DNA of 64,000 nucleotides from contig CACKSH010000007.1 of the NCBI GenBank assembly GCA_902602765.1, positions 30,373-94,372 on the forward strand. The letters run 5' to 3'. The position numbers and the translations under genes are program-made. Positions 31,310 to 40,938 of this stretch are shown here, piece by piece (the stretch's first letter is position 1; each line of letters opens with the position of its first letter). The notes under the pieces are model-generated. The model saw nothing but the letters and a program-made list of their open reading frames with translations. It was not told where the DNA came from and made no database searches. Source of the stretch: Paracoccaceae bacterium. GTDB taxonomy: Bacteria > Pseudomonadota > Alphaproteobacteria > Rhodobacterales > Rhodobacteraceae.

Positions 31310-32053
31310 ATGCAAGGCTCCCAATTAAGTATAGACCCTGACGAGATAGCAAAATTTGAAGCCATGGCAGAAGAATGGTGGGATCCAAACGGTAAGTTCA
31401 AACCGTTGCACATGCTAAACCCTTGTCGTTTAGACTATATAATCGAGATGATAAGAAGTGAGTTTGCCTGTGATCCCGCAAAAGCTAAGCCATTCAGTGA
31501 GTTAACAATTCTTGATATTGGTTGTGGTGGCGGCTTATTGTGCGAGCCAATGGCGCGTTTAGGAGCAAATGTGGTTGGCGTTGATGCCGCGGGACGTAAT
31601 ATTCCAATCGCTATGGCACATGCTAAACAAAGTAATCTATCCATTGATTATCGTCACGGCACTGCAGAAGAGATATTAGCTGGGAACGAGAAATTTGACG
31701 TTATATTAAATATGGAGGTCATAGAGCATGTTTCTGATCCAACTGGTTTTATCAAAACTTGTGAAGCTTTACTAAAAGATCGTGGGATGATGCTGTGCTC
31801 TACAATAAATCGAAACCCCAAAAGCTTTGTTATGGCGATAATCGGAGCAGAGTACGTAATGCGTTGGTTGCCAAAAGGAACTCACGAGTGGTCAAAATTT
31901 TTTAAACCGCAAGAGTTAGAGAGTATTATAACGCAAGCTGGTTTGAAAATGGTGGATAAAAAAGGCTTCGTATTCAATCCTATCTCCTGGCAATGGAGTA
32001 TTTCCGATAAAGATCTTTCCGTAAACTATGTTACGTCTAGTGTTAAAGTTTAA
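31310..32053 (+). CDS. ubiG: Ubiquinone biosynthesis O-methyltransferase
   Basis: [35 protein letters not shown]. Confidence 0.96.
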   Translation: MQGSQLSIDPDEIAKFEAMAEEWWDPNGKFKPLHMLNPCRLDYIIEMIRSEFACDPAKAKPFSELTILDIGCGGGLLCEPMARLGANVVGVDAAGRNIPIAMAHAKQSNLSIDYRHGTAEEILAGNEKFDVILNMEVIEHVSDPTGFIKTCEALLKDRGMMLCSTINRNPKSFVMAIIGAEYVMRWLPKGTHEWSKFFKPQELESIITQAGLKMVDKKGFVFNPISWQWSISDKDLSVNYVTSSVKV

Positions 32054-32754
32054 TCAGCAGTTAACATATAGCCAATACCTCTGAGCGTTTGCAGATACCG
32101 AGGTTCTTTTGGGTTTCTCTCGATTTTTCGCCTTAGTCGTGTAATTTGTACGTCTATCGCTCTATCGTTCATGGGTTTTCCATTTTTTCTCAATGCTTTA
32201 ATAAGTTCAAGTCTTGTAATTGGAACGCCGATGCGTTTTGAGAATATTTGCATAATTTTGGACTCTGATGAAGTAAGATAGATTAGATTTTGATGGTCCC
32301 ATAATTCATTGCGTTCTGTATCAAAACTAAGTTCTCCAAATGATATAATTTGATTAATGTTATCTTTATAAATTAAGTTTTCACCTGTCCGCCTCAAGAC
32401 AGCCTTTATTCTGAGAAGCAATTCCATAGGTTCAAAAGGTTTTGGTAGATAATCGTCCGCTCCTGCCTCAAGCCCAAGAATGCGGTCTTCCGCATCGCCT
32501 TTGGCAGTTAGTAAAATAATGGGTGTTTTATTCTTTTCTCGAAGGTGGGATGTTAACTCTATTCCACTTTCTCTAGGCATCATTACGTCTAGAATAATTA
32601 AGTCAAATTCAAGGCCCGCAAGAATTTGACGCGCTTGCTCGGCACTATGAACGGCCGACACTAGATAACCATTTTTACTCAAAAACTTTTCTAAGAGATC
32701 GCAAATTCTCGTATCATCATCGACTAATAGTATATGTTTTTTTTCTAACTCCAT
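32050..32754 (-). CDS. petR: OmpR-family response regulator (PetR-like)
   Basis: [20 protein letters not shown], winged-helix [15 protein letters not shown]; TGATG-coupled to the MarR gene; near petABC. Confidence 0.85.
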   Translation of the reverse strand: MELEKKHILLVDDDTRICDLLEKFLSKNGYLVSAVHSAEQARQILAGLEFDLIILDVMMPRESGIELTSHLREKNKTPIILLTAKGDAEDRILGLEAGADDYLPKPFEPMELLLRIKAVLRRTGENLIYKDNINQIISFGELSFDTERNELWDHQNLIYLTSSESKIMQIFSKRIGVPITRLELIKALRKNGKPMNDRAIDVQITRLRRKIERNPKEPRYLQTLRGIGYMLTAD

Positions 32755-33245
32755 CAACTGACACGTAATTTTTTATAAGCAACTTGCAATTTTGGATCCA
32801 TCATTGCTTCAAGAACCTGTTTGAAGCCCGCGACAGCATCAGGTCCAGCTTGGCGATATGCCTCACGCATTCTATGGCTCTGTGCGGTAGAAAGCTGTTT
32901 TTCTAATGACTTCCCACTTTCTGTAAGATACAAGTGCCGCTCTCGACGATCTTTTGTTCCAATTCGTAGAGAAACTAATTCATGTTCAATCAAAGTTCTT
33001 AAAACTCTGTTTAGAGATTGTTTTGTAACCCCCAATATGCTGAGCAAATTGTTGACATTGGTTCCTGGTACGCGATTTATAAAATGGAGAGCTCTGTGAT
33101 GAGCTCGTCCATAGTTATATTTTTCGAGAATCCTATCGGGGTCAGCTGTAAACCCACGATAAGCAAAAAACATACCTTCAATTCCTTGTCTTAACTGTTC
33201 ATCAGTCAAGAAGAGCAGGTTCTCTCGGCTTGTATCATTTTGCAT
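32754..33245 (-). CDS. petP: MarR-family transcriptional regulator (PetP-like)
   Basis: FFAYRGFTADPD, GRAHHRA, VTKQSLNRVL, DRRERHLYLT. Confidence 0.85.
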   Translation of the reverse strand: MQNDTSRENLLFLTDEQLRQGIEGMFFAYRGFTADPDRILEKYNYGRAHHRALHFINRVPGTNVNNLLSILGVTKQSLNRVLRTLIEHELVSLRIGTKDRRERHLYLTESGKSLEKQLSTAQSHRMREAYRQAGPDAVAGFKQVLEAMMDPKLQVAYKKLRVS

Positions 33246-33289
33246 TCGCCAGGCTTACCTTTCCTTTGAGAAGTTTATACGATCATTTT

Positions 33290-33308
33290 ATGTCAGTCTT
33301 GTTGACAT
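33290..33308. promoter_or_regulatory. Palindromic operator ATGTCA-N7-TGACAT overlapping a -35 box
   Basis: atgtca gtcttgt tgacat; contains TTGACA (33302-33307) followed after 17 nt by TAGCGA toward ilvE. Confidence 0.6.
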
Positions 33309-33422
33309 TCCAATGGTTAACTGGTAGCGATTATCGATTTTTTTGGAATTTTATATCCGTAACGGACCTTTAGTTGATTGGAAAGTTACAGATTTTGACC
33401 GCTAAGTTAAGAAGGGGTAATC

Positions 33423-34292
33423 ATGTCAGGAAGCTACGACGACCGTGATGGCAAAATTTGGATGAATGGAAGTCTGGTAGAGTGGCGTGATGCAAATGTG
33501 CATATTTTAACACATGCTATGCATTATGCCAGTTCAGTTTTTGAGGGCGAACGTGCTTATGGTGGAAAAATATTTAAGAGTGTGTCGCACTCTGAGAGGC
33601 TTCTAAAGTCAGCAAAAATGGTAGATTTTGAAATTCCTTACAGCGTCGAAGAAATTGAAAATGCTAAATATGATGCATTGCACGCAAACGGTTTGAAAGA
33701 CGCTTATATAAGAGCAATTGCTTGGCGTGGTGCTGGCGAGGATATGGGTGTCGCATCTCTAAGAAATCCTGTAAATCTTGCCGTCGCGACTTGGTCTTGG
33801 GGTAATTATTACGGTGATGCAAAGATGAAAGGTGCTAAGTTGGATGTCGCCAAGTGGCAGCGACCTGATCCCAAAACTGCCCCCTTTGAGGCTAAAGCTG
33901 CTGGACTTTACATGATTGCTACAATGTCCAAGCATACTGCAGAAGCCAACGGATGTTCAGACGCGATGATGATGGACTATCGTGGTTATGTGGCAGAAGC
34001 CACTGGTGCAAACATATTTTTTGTCAAAGATGGCGAGGTTCATACTCCCAAGCCAGATGCATTTTTGAATGGGATAACACGACAAACAGTTATTGAAATG
34101 CTGAAAACGATGGACGTTCGAGTTCATGAAAGACATATTCTTCCAAGTGAACTGGAAGGTTTTAGTCAATGTTGGCTAACTGGGTCCGCAGCCGAAATTA
34201 CTCCTGTTGGGCAAATAGGAGATTATAATTTTGAAGTTGGTGAGCTTACAAAAAAAGTATCTAAAAATTTTGAGATATTAGTTCGTCAATAA
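33423..34292 (+). CDS. ilvE: Branched-chain amino acid aminotransferase (class IV)
   Basis: HYASSVFEGER, AKAAGLY, EATGANIF, LNGITR. Confidence 0.92.
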   Translation: MSGSYDDRDGKIWMNGSLVEWRDANVHILTHAMHYASSVFEGERAYGGKIFKSVSHSERLLKSAKMVDFEIPYSVEEIENAKYDALHANGLKDAYIRAIAWRGAGEDMGVASLRNPVNLAVATWSWGNYYGDAKMKGAKLDVAKWQRPDPKTAPFEAKAAGLYMIATMSKHTAEANGCSDAMMMDYRGYVAEATGANIFFVKDGEVHTPKPDAFLNGITRQTVIEMLKTMDVRVHERHILPSELEGFSQCWLTGSAAEITPVGQIGDYNFEVGELTKKVSKNFEILVRQ

Positions 34293-34322
34293 GCTGTATA
34301 CTTTTCTTGTGGCTATTCACTT

Positions 34323-34337
34323 GCGACACAAAGGCGC
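34323..34337. promoter_or_regulatory. Putative RegA/PrrA binding site upstream of petABC
   Basis: GCGACACAAAGGCGC, a GCGNC...GNCGC-type inverted repeat with an A-rich centre, about 110 nt upstream of petA. Confidence 0.45.
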
Positions 34338-34447
34338 TAATTGAAAATCTATAGGGGTGAATGCTGGACGTACCAGGAAATGGGCGTTAAAAAATAAGCG
34401 ATTCTAAAACTCGGAATAAACGTTAATCAAATATATGGAGGTCCATA

Positions 34448-35008
34448 GTGTCAGATTCTCACGAAACCGAAGGTAATAGGCGAGATTTTTTATACTATGC
34501 CACTGCAGGGGCAGGTGCAATCACTACTGGTGCTGCGGTATGGCCACTAATTAATCAAATGAATCCCTCTGCTGACGTTAAAGCTTTGGCGTCTATTAGA
34601 GTTGATGTTTCCGAAGTAGAGCCAGGTACTCAACTTACTGTTAAGTGGCTAGGGAAGCCAGTATTTATTCGCAGACGTACGGAAGATGAAATTCAAGATG
34701 CGCGATCTGTGTCTTTAAGTGAGTTACCTGATGGTACTGGTCGCAATGAAAATATACCTGATTCTGATGCTACTGATGAAAATAGATCGTTAGATGCAGC
34801 AGGAGAATGGTTGGTCATGATGGGAGTTTGCACTCATTTGGGTTGCGTTCCCCTAGGTGACGGTGCTGGCGAGTTTGGTGGTTGGTTTTGCCCATGTCAC
34901 GGGTCCCATTATGACTCATCAGGTCGCATTCGGAAGGGTCCAGCCCCCCAGAATTTACCAGTGCCTGTCGCATCTTTCGTAGACGAATCCACTATTAAAC
35001 TTGGTTAA
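34448..35008 (+). CDS. petA: Ubiquinol-cytochrome c reductase Rieske Fe-S subunit
   Basis: Tat motif RRDFL, CTHLGC and CPCHGS boxes; GTG start with GGAGG RBS. Confidence 0.98.
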   Translation: MSDSHETEGNRRDFLYYATAGAGAITTGAAVWPLINQMNPSADVKALASIRVDVSEVEPGTQLTVKWLGKPVFIRRRTEDEIQDARSVSLSELPDGTGRNENIPDSDATDENRSLDAAGEWLVMMGVCTHLGCVPLGDGAGEFGGWFCPCHGSHYDSSGRIRKGPAPQNLPVPVASFVDESTIKLG

Positions 35009-35022
35009 AGGAATTTATTGAT

Positions 35023-36381
35023 ATGTCTGGAATACCTCACGATCATTACGAACCAAAAACTAAAGGCGAAAAATGGTTGAATAGCCGTCTGCCAATAGTG
35101 GGTTTGTTGTATGATACAATAATGATACCTACTCCTAAGAATTTAAACTGGATGTGGATTTGGGGAATTGTTTTAACGTTTTGTTTGGCGTTACAAATCA
35201 TTACTGGCATCGTGTTGGCAATGCATTACACGCCACATGTTGATATGGCGTTTGCTTCGGTAGAACACATAATGCGAAATGTGAACGGCGGCCACATGAT
35301 CCGATACTTACATTCTAATGGTGCGTCGTTATTTTTCATAGCCGTTTATGCTCACATTTTTAGAGGTTTATATTACGGATCTTATAAAGCTCCTCGTGAG
35401 ATTACTTGGATTATAGGGATGTTGATTTACCTTCTCATGATGGGGACCGCCTTCATGGGATACGTTCTTCCATGGGGCCAGATGTCGTTTTGGGGTGCAA
35501 CGGTTATTACTGGTTTATTCGGTGCTATACCGTTCATAGGTGAGCCAATTCAGACTCTTCTGCTGGGAGGCCCGGCTGTTGACAATGCAACGTTAAATCG
35601 TTTTTTTAGTTTACATTATTTATTTCCATTTATGATTGCTGGTTTGGTGATTGTGCACATCTGGGCCTTTCACACTACCGGAAACAACAATCCGACAGGA
35701 GTAGAAGTTCGGAGGACTTCGAAAGCGGAGGCAGAAAAGGATACCGTTTCCTTTTGGCCGTATTTTGTAATAAAAGACCTTTTTGCTCTAGCGGTTTTGC
35801 TTGCAGTATTCTTTGCAATTGTGGGATTTATGCCAAATTATCTAGGCCACCCCGACAATTACATCGAAGCTAACCCACTAGCTACACCTGCGCACATTGT
35901 TCCAGAATGGTACTTCCTACCCTTCTATGCGATCCTTAGAGCCTTCACAGCAGAAGTGTGGGTAGTACAATTTGCTTCATTTGTAACTGGCGGGATAATT
36001 GACGCTAAATTCTTTGGAGTTTTGGCTATGTTTGGCGCTATTATAGTCATGGCTCTAGCACCTTGGTTAGATACTTCGAGCGTTCGGTCTGCACGCTACA
36101 GGCCTATGCTCAAGTGGTGGTTTGGAATACTAGTACTCGACTTCTTTGCGCTGATGTGGCTTGGAGCAATGCCTGCTGAAGAGCCGTATGCAACCCTTTC
36201 ATTGATAGCTTCAGCTTATTGGTTTGGTTATTTCCTTGTCATACTCCCATTACTTGGGATCATAGAAAAACCCGACTCCCAGCCAACGTCAATTGAAGAA
36301 GATTTTAAGAAAAAGCAATTAAAGAAGGCACATAAAGCTGATGATTACTTTTCGAAGCCAGAAGCAACTCCCGCTGAGTGA
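35023..36381 (+). CDS. petB: Cytochrome b of the bc1 complex
   Basis: Heme-ligand His in YLHSNGAS / [22 protein letters not shown]. Confidence 0.99.
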   Translation: MSGIPHDHYEPKTKGEKWLNSRLPIVGLLYDTIMIPTPKNLNWMWIWGIVLTFCLALQIITGIVLAMHYTPHVDMAFASVEHIMRNVNGGHMIRYLHSNGASLFFIAVYAHIFRGLYYGSYKAPREITWIIGMLIYLLMMGTAFMGYVLPWGQMSFWGATVITGLFGAIPFIGEPIQTLLLGGPAVDNATLNRFFSLHYLFPFMIAGLVIVHIWAFHTTGNNNPTGVEVRRTSKAEAEKDTVSFWPYFVIKDLFALAVLLAVFFAIVGFMPNYLGHPDNYIEANPLATPAHIVPEWYFLPFYAILRAFTAEVWVVQFASFVTGGIIDAKFFGVLAMFGAIIVMALAPWLDTSSVRSARYRPMLKWWFGILVLDFFALMWLGAMPAEEPYATLSLIASAYWFGYFLVILPLLGIIEKPDSQPTSIEEDFKKKQLKKAHKADDYFSKPEATPAE

Positions 36382-36395
36382 TTAGAGGAAAAGAT

Positions 36396-37187
36396 ATGAA
36401 ATTCGTAAAAACAGTTGTTATAGTCTTATCAGCTTGCTTGGTTAGTAGTTTTTCTTTTGCAGCAGGTGGCGGTGGTTATGTCAAAGACTTCGATTTTTCA
36501 TTTGAAGGGCCCTTTGGTGCATATGATCAAACTCAACTTCAACGAGGACTTAAAGTTTATACAGAAGTTTGTTCATCATGTCATGGTTTGAAGTATGTAC
36601 CATTAAGAACACTCGCTGATAAAGATGGCCTTGGCTATTCCGACGACCAAGTTCGAGCATATGCTGAATATTATGAGATATTTGATCCTGAGTTAGATGA
36701 CTATCGCGCTGCAGTTCCGGCAGACCACTTCCCGGCGGTTGTTGATGCTGGAGCTCCTGATTTATCTCTAATGGCAAAGGCAAGAGCAGGGTTCCATGGG
36801 CCGTACGGCACGGGAATAAGCCAACTTGTAAATGGAATGGGAGGTCCCGAATACATTGCCTCGCTATTAACCGGATATACGGGCGAAGAAAAAGAAGAGT
36901 ATGGGTCAATATTCTATGAAAACACTGCTTACCCCGGTAAATGGATAGCTATGGCACCACCGCTATATGGCGAGGACGTTGATTATGACGATGGGCATGC
37001 CAACGATATATATAGTGAGGCACAGGACGTCGCTGCTTTTTTGATGTGGGCCGCCGAACCAAAAATGATGGCTCGGAAGCACAGTGGATTTGTAGGAGTT
37101 TTGTTTTTGGTATTGCTGTCTGTCCTACTATATTTTTCTAACAAGCGATTGTGGGCTCCTATTAAAAAGGAAAGTATCTCTTCGTAG
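36396..37187 (+). CDS. petC: Cytochrome c1
   Basis: Signal peptide, LQRG, CSSCH heme motif, PDLSL, MAPP, C-terminal TM; AGAGGA RBS before ATG 36396. Confidence 0.97.
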   Translation: MKFVKTVVIVLSACLVSSFSFAAGGGGYVKDFDFSFEGPFGAYDQTQLQRGLKVYTEVCSSCHGLKYVPLRTLADKDGLGYSDDQVRAYAEYYEIFDPELDDYRAAVPADHFPAVVDAGAPDLSLMAKARAGFHGPYGTGISQLVNGMGGPEYIASLLTGYTGEEKEEYGSIFYENTAYPGKWIAMAPPLYGEDVDYDDGHANDIYSEAQDVAAFLMWAAEPKMMARKHSGFVGVLFLVLLSVLLYFSNKRLWAPIKKESISS

Positions 37188-37217
37188 GTAGCAGATACTT
37201 AAGCATACCAAGTTTAC

Positions 37218-37784
37218 TTAATCATTATCTGACCCATCAGAGCCTGCGCCTAGTTGTCGGCTCTCTTCCGTGGCTGGTGCGTACGTCATATTTGACCAAG
37301 TCTCAATTGTCGTCAATGTTGTGTCGTCAATTGAGATTCTAGTCATAATTTTTTGTTTTGTGATCTTCCTATTTGTATTTCTAGAAAAGAAAATTGTATT
37401 AACTTTCTTTTTTGAATAGAAGCGATCGCCAATGATTAATTCATTTGTTAAAATAAAATCATCGTTTTCTAATGATATTTCTAGTGGAGGCTCGTTAAAA
37501 TCTCTATCAACAGATATTAATCCAAGGATAAGTATTGGGTCGTAAAACTGGCCATAAATTTGATTAGATATTCTATAAACTTGATTGTCGACTACAGTCA
37601 AAATCTGGTCAATTTTACTATTTTCGGTGTTTAGAACCTCTAGAAGAATATTTTGTACTGGAAACTGATTTATGGCCAGTGCCAGAAGAGCATTGGATAA
37701 ATCTTCGCATACTCCCCAGTGGTGTCCTTTTCCTCTAAGGCTTTTTTTGCAAAGCGAAATAAATTCGTTTTTTGATAGGTTCAA
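37218..37784 (-). CDS. DUF3726-like protein
   Basis: N-terminal SxNE...KKSLRGKGHHWG and C-terminal TYAPATEESRQLGAG..SDND resemble DUF3726; TTG start overlaps the upstream stop (TTGA). Confidence 0.7.
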   Translation of the reverse strand: MNLSKNEFISLCKKSLRGKGHHWGVCEDLSNALLALAINQFPVQNILLEVLNTENSKIDQILTVVDNQVYRISNQIYGQFYDPILILGLISVDRDFNEPPLEISLENDDFILTNELIIGDRFYSKKKVNTIFFSRNTNRKITKQKIMTRISIDDTTLTTIETWSNMTYAPATEESRQLGAGSDGSDND

Positions 37785-39490
37785 TTGGGTTTCTGCTTTG
37801 GATATGTCCAAGTATCGCAGTTTTCTTCGTTAAGTGTCTGTGGAAGTGGGGCACCTTTGAACATATTTATTCTAACCCATCTGTCTGATCTAGGATCAAA
37901 GTGAAATGCTCCAAAAAATGAAAGTTTTGCTCTTAGTAAGTCGATAGGAATAACTTCGCTCGAAATAGTATTATCTTTTATTTCTGCATAAGGATTGTTG
38001 AATACAATCTGGCATCTACGAATTATGTGCCGGTGCTCAGGATGCCTCATAAGAAATTCAGCAATACTTTTGTTGTGTTTCCATTTTGAAAGGTCAAAAT
38101 GCATCCGAGCGACATCACGACCTGGTTGGAGTGGCTGTTCATAAAATGCTATATCATTTTCTGTAAATCGATTTCCAAGTCGGGGCTCTAGTTTTTCCTC
38201 CGAAATATACCAAGCAAGCTCATTATTTTTTGAGTGTTTCCAATTGATCTTTAGTGCGTAAGCATAATGTTGCTCGGTCTTTTTAAGAAACTCTCCAATT
38301 AACATTGAGCCTTTAATCTTACTTGAAAATTGTTTTTTATCACTCATTCCATCGCTGAGATCATCGACTAATTCACCAAATGGTTCTAATATAAGAGAGA
38401 CTAGTAGCTCTTGTGCTTCCTCTCCCAAAGTTTCCTCCGCCCAACTATATAAATAATTGAAGGGATAAGGGGTCTTGAAATTGAATTTTTCTACATATTC
38501 ATCCAAGAGAGCTTTATCTAGCCGCAATTCGTTCAACTTTGCAATTTGTAATTCATGTTCTGAATGCCAGCACTCAATTAGATAGTTACTACGCTTAATG
38601 TAATTTTTGAATAAATCTATGCATTTGGACTTTGGTGCTTTGAGGCTTCGAATTCTCGCCAAGGCAGTTTCTTTTGCATTTATCCAATTATTTAACAGTT
38701 GTGGGTGATTAATTAAAAAGGGTGCCATTCCGAGTCCAGTAGAGTTTCCTACTCCCAGCATTTCACAAAATCTTGGTTCAAGCTGTACCCACTCAGTTGG
38801 GTTTTTCACTTTTGCTGCGTGCTGTAACAGGTCTATTACAAATGCTCGTATCATATACACTGTAAGCATTTCTGCCTGAAATGGAGCTTTGAACTCTGAC
38901 CGTTCTGAAATTTCGTTATAATCAACGGCCCCAAACTTTCCAGAACCATAAACGGCTGTTGTCCTCATCATATATCCAACTTTTTCAATTTCGTGGATAT
39001 CTGGCTGCCTGCCTTTAGATAAGCAATCAACAACATAGTCCCAAAGTCGGACTGACTTATTTGCTCTAGATAAAGTAATTTCCTTTTCACTTACGCGTCC
39101 AGCTTCTTGATTAGGAACATTATTATTTAAACGTTCGATGTCTCCCTTAGATGGAATGCCATCAAAAAGTGTAAAAGTAGCATCCCATTTCGTAGCTATT
39201 ACTCGATCCGAACGATCATCATCAGAAATTTTATGTGCAAAAGCCACCAGTGAGTACGCTCTATTTGGCAGCCGATATGTGTAAACTGCAGTGCCAGAGC
39301 AGTCGTCGCTTATATCAAAAACTTGTTTTTGAAATTTCCATTTCTCGGTCGAAATCCGCCTTAAAAGTATTCTAAGAAAAGACAGTCGTGATTGATGAAA
39401 AGAACCCAGTCTGCTCAGGCGCATTACTTTTTCAGCAGGCCGTCGGCCCACCTCACCTACAGAAAAATTGTTATCAAAAGTTTTTTGCAT
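37781..39490 (-). CDS. Conserved hypothetical protein (about 570 aa, soluble, enzyme-like)
   Basis: Long uninterrupted ORF with motif-like blocks TAVYGSGKFG, GVGNSTGLGMAPFLINHP, SEEKLEPRLG, FDPRSDRWVRI; no family recognised. Confidence 0.85.
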   Translation of the reverse strand: MQKTFDNNFSVGEVGRRPAEKVMRLSRLGSFHQSRLSFLRILLRRISTEKWKFQKQVFDISDDCSGTAVYTYRLPNRAYSLVAFAHKISDDDRSDRVIATKWDATFTLFDGIPSKGDIERLNNNVPNQEAGRVSEKEITLSRANKSVRLWDYVVDCLSKGRQPDIHEIEKVGYMMRTTAVYGSGKFGAVDYNEISERSEFKAPFQAEMLTVYMIRAFVIDLLQHAAKVKNPTEWVQLEPRFCEMLGVGNSTGLGMAPFLINHPQLLNNWINAKETALARIRSLKAPKSKCIDLFKNYIKRSNYLIECWHSEHELQIAKLNELRLDKALLDEYVEKFNFKTPYPFNYLYSWAEETLGEEAQELLVSLILEPFGELVDDLSDGMSDKKQFSSKIKGSMLIGEFLKKTEQHYAYALKINWKHSKNNELAWYISEEKLEPRLGNRFTENDIAFYEQPLQPGRDVARMHFDLSKWKHNKSIAEFLMRHPEHRHIIRRCQIVFNNPYAEIKDNTISSEVIPIDLLRAKLSFFGAFHFDPRSDRWVRINMFKGAPLPQTLNEENCDTWTYPKQKPN

Positions 39491-39743
39491 CAATCAACTT
39501 TTTGTTTGTTCCAATTTTACATTATCCGTTTTTCTATCTTCAGAAAAGTACCAACCACGAGTTGTAGTGTATAGTCTTTATTGATTTAAAAATAAAGTGT
39601 ATTGAGTAGCTTATAGTCAAGTAAATGTTATACAATATGAACCATGCCTAATTTATAAAAAGGGCTTTTCATTGAAGACGATTTTCAGCTTTTTGATTTA
39701 TATTTTACTTGGCGGTATCGCGATGTAATTTTGAGATTTTAAA

Positions 39744-40937
39744 ATGCAACATAATCTGTTTGAATGGAATAATAATTCGTCTGTTATCTCCGCTAAGCCA
39801 ATATCAAAAGATAAAGCGAACATTGCTAAGCAATTAGCAATATTTTTTGAAATACTTTATGCAGGGAAAACGCCAAGGATAAATTCTGATGGTGTAACTT
39901 CCCATGAGGCAGTTACGGGCGGAAGCTTTCAAACTATATCAGGAGGATCAATGGGTTTTCCAAAAGTTTTGGAAAGGACATGTATTAGTTGGATACTAAG
40001 TTTCAATACTAATGATAAAAATTATAATCTTAGCGGCAGCAGGGTGGCGTTACTCGGTTCGCTAACTCACAGCTTATCACTATATGGAGCATTAGAGGCA
40101 ATATTTTTAGGGTGCGAAGTTCATCATCTAGCTGGTTTGAGTCCAAGTAGTCAATTAGAATATTTAGAGAATAAAAAAATCGAGATACTCTATGTTACGC
40201 CCACACAATTGAGACTAATGCTATCAACTAAGTATCAGAATTATCTAATTGATGGTTTACGATACATATTTATTGGTGGTGCTTCAATAGAGCAAAATAC
40301 ACTTGCTGAGTTATCAAAAATAGCTCCAAATGCGGAGGTAAAACAATTTTATGGGTCGAGTGAAACTAGCTTTATAACTATATCAGATCTACTCACCCCC
40401 ATAAATTCAGTTGGCAAAGCCTATCCCGGCGTAGAGATAGCATTGGGTGACCAGCCAGATAAGCCAGTAAGCGTAGGTGAAACCGGCAGGGTCTGGGTTC
40501 GGTCGCCTTATTTATTTTCAAAATATGTTGGTGAAAATAGGTCTAATATAAATAGGTTCTCAGATTGGGTAAGTCCAGGAGAGTTGGCAAAATTGGATCT
40601 AGATCAAAATCTTTTTATACTGGGTCGCATAGACCGAATATTCAAAATTAAGGATCAAGCAATAATACCTGAAGAAATTGAGAATTATCTACTAACAAAA
40701 AAAGAAATCATGGATGTGGCAGTTGTAAAAAAAAATGATGTACTTAGAGGCAATAAAGCCGTTGCTTACATTGCAACAAGAGTAGTATTGGATATAGAAA
40801 AGCTAAAAGAAGAATGTATTTCATCAATTCCACCGCTTGATGGCTCGTTTCAAATCATTGAACTTAGTCCTGAAAAATTTCCATTCCTGCCTTCGGGAAA
40901 ACCCGATATCTACAAGCTAAAACAGTGGGACATATAA
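39744..40937 (+). CDS. AMP-binding (adenylate-forming, acyl-CoA ligase-like) protein, N-terminally shortened
   Basis: Degenerate P-loop SGGSMGFPK, FYGSSET, GR.D hinge, LPSGKPD A10 Lys; only 397 aa. Confidence 0.82.
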   Translation: MQHNLFEWNNNSSVISAKPISKDKANIAKQLAIFFEILYAGKTPRINSDGVTSHEAVTGGSFQTISGGSMGFPKVLERTCISWILSFNTNDKNYNLSGSRVALLGSLTHSLSLYGALEAIFLGCEVHHLAGLSPSSQLEYLENKKIEILYVTPTQLRLMLSTKYQNYLIDGLRYIFIGGASIEQNTLAELSKIAPNAEVKQFYGSSETSFITISDLLTPINSVGKAYPGVEIALGDQPDKPVSVGETGRVWVRSPYLFSKYVGENRSNINRFSDWVSPGELAKLDLDQNLFILGRIDRIFKIKDQAIIPEEIENYLLTKKEIMDVAVVKKNDVLRGNKAVAYIATRVVLDIEKLKEECISSIPPLDGSFQIIELSPEKFPFLPSGKPDIYKLKQWDI

Positions 40938-40938
40938 A

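Noticed and set aside
31261-31413. 51-aa N-terminal extension of Pip in the ORF track
   Set aside because: Overlaps ubiG on the opposite strand and is not Pip-like. Similar over-extended starts were trimmed for rsmE, ubiA, bioN, cca, ilvA, the pseudouridine synthase and the class I aminotransferase
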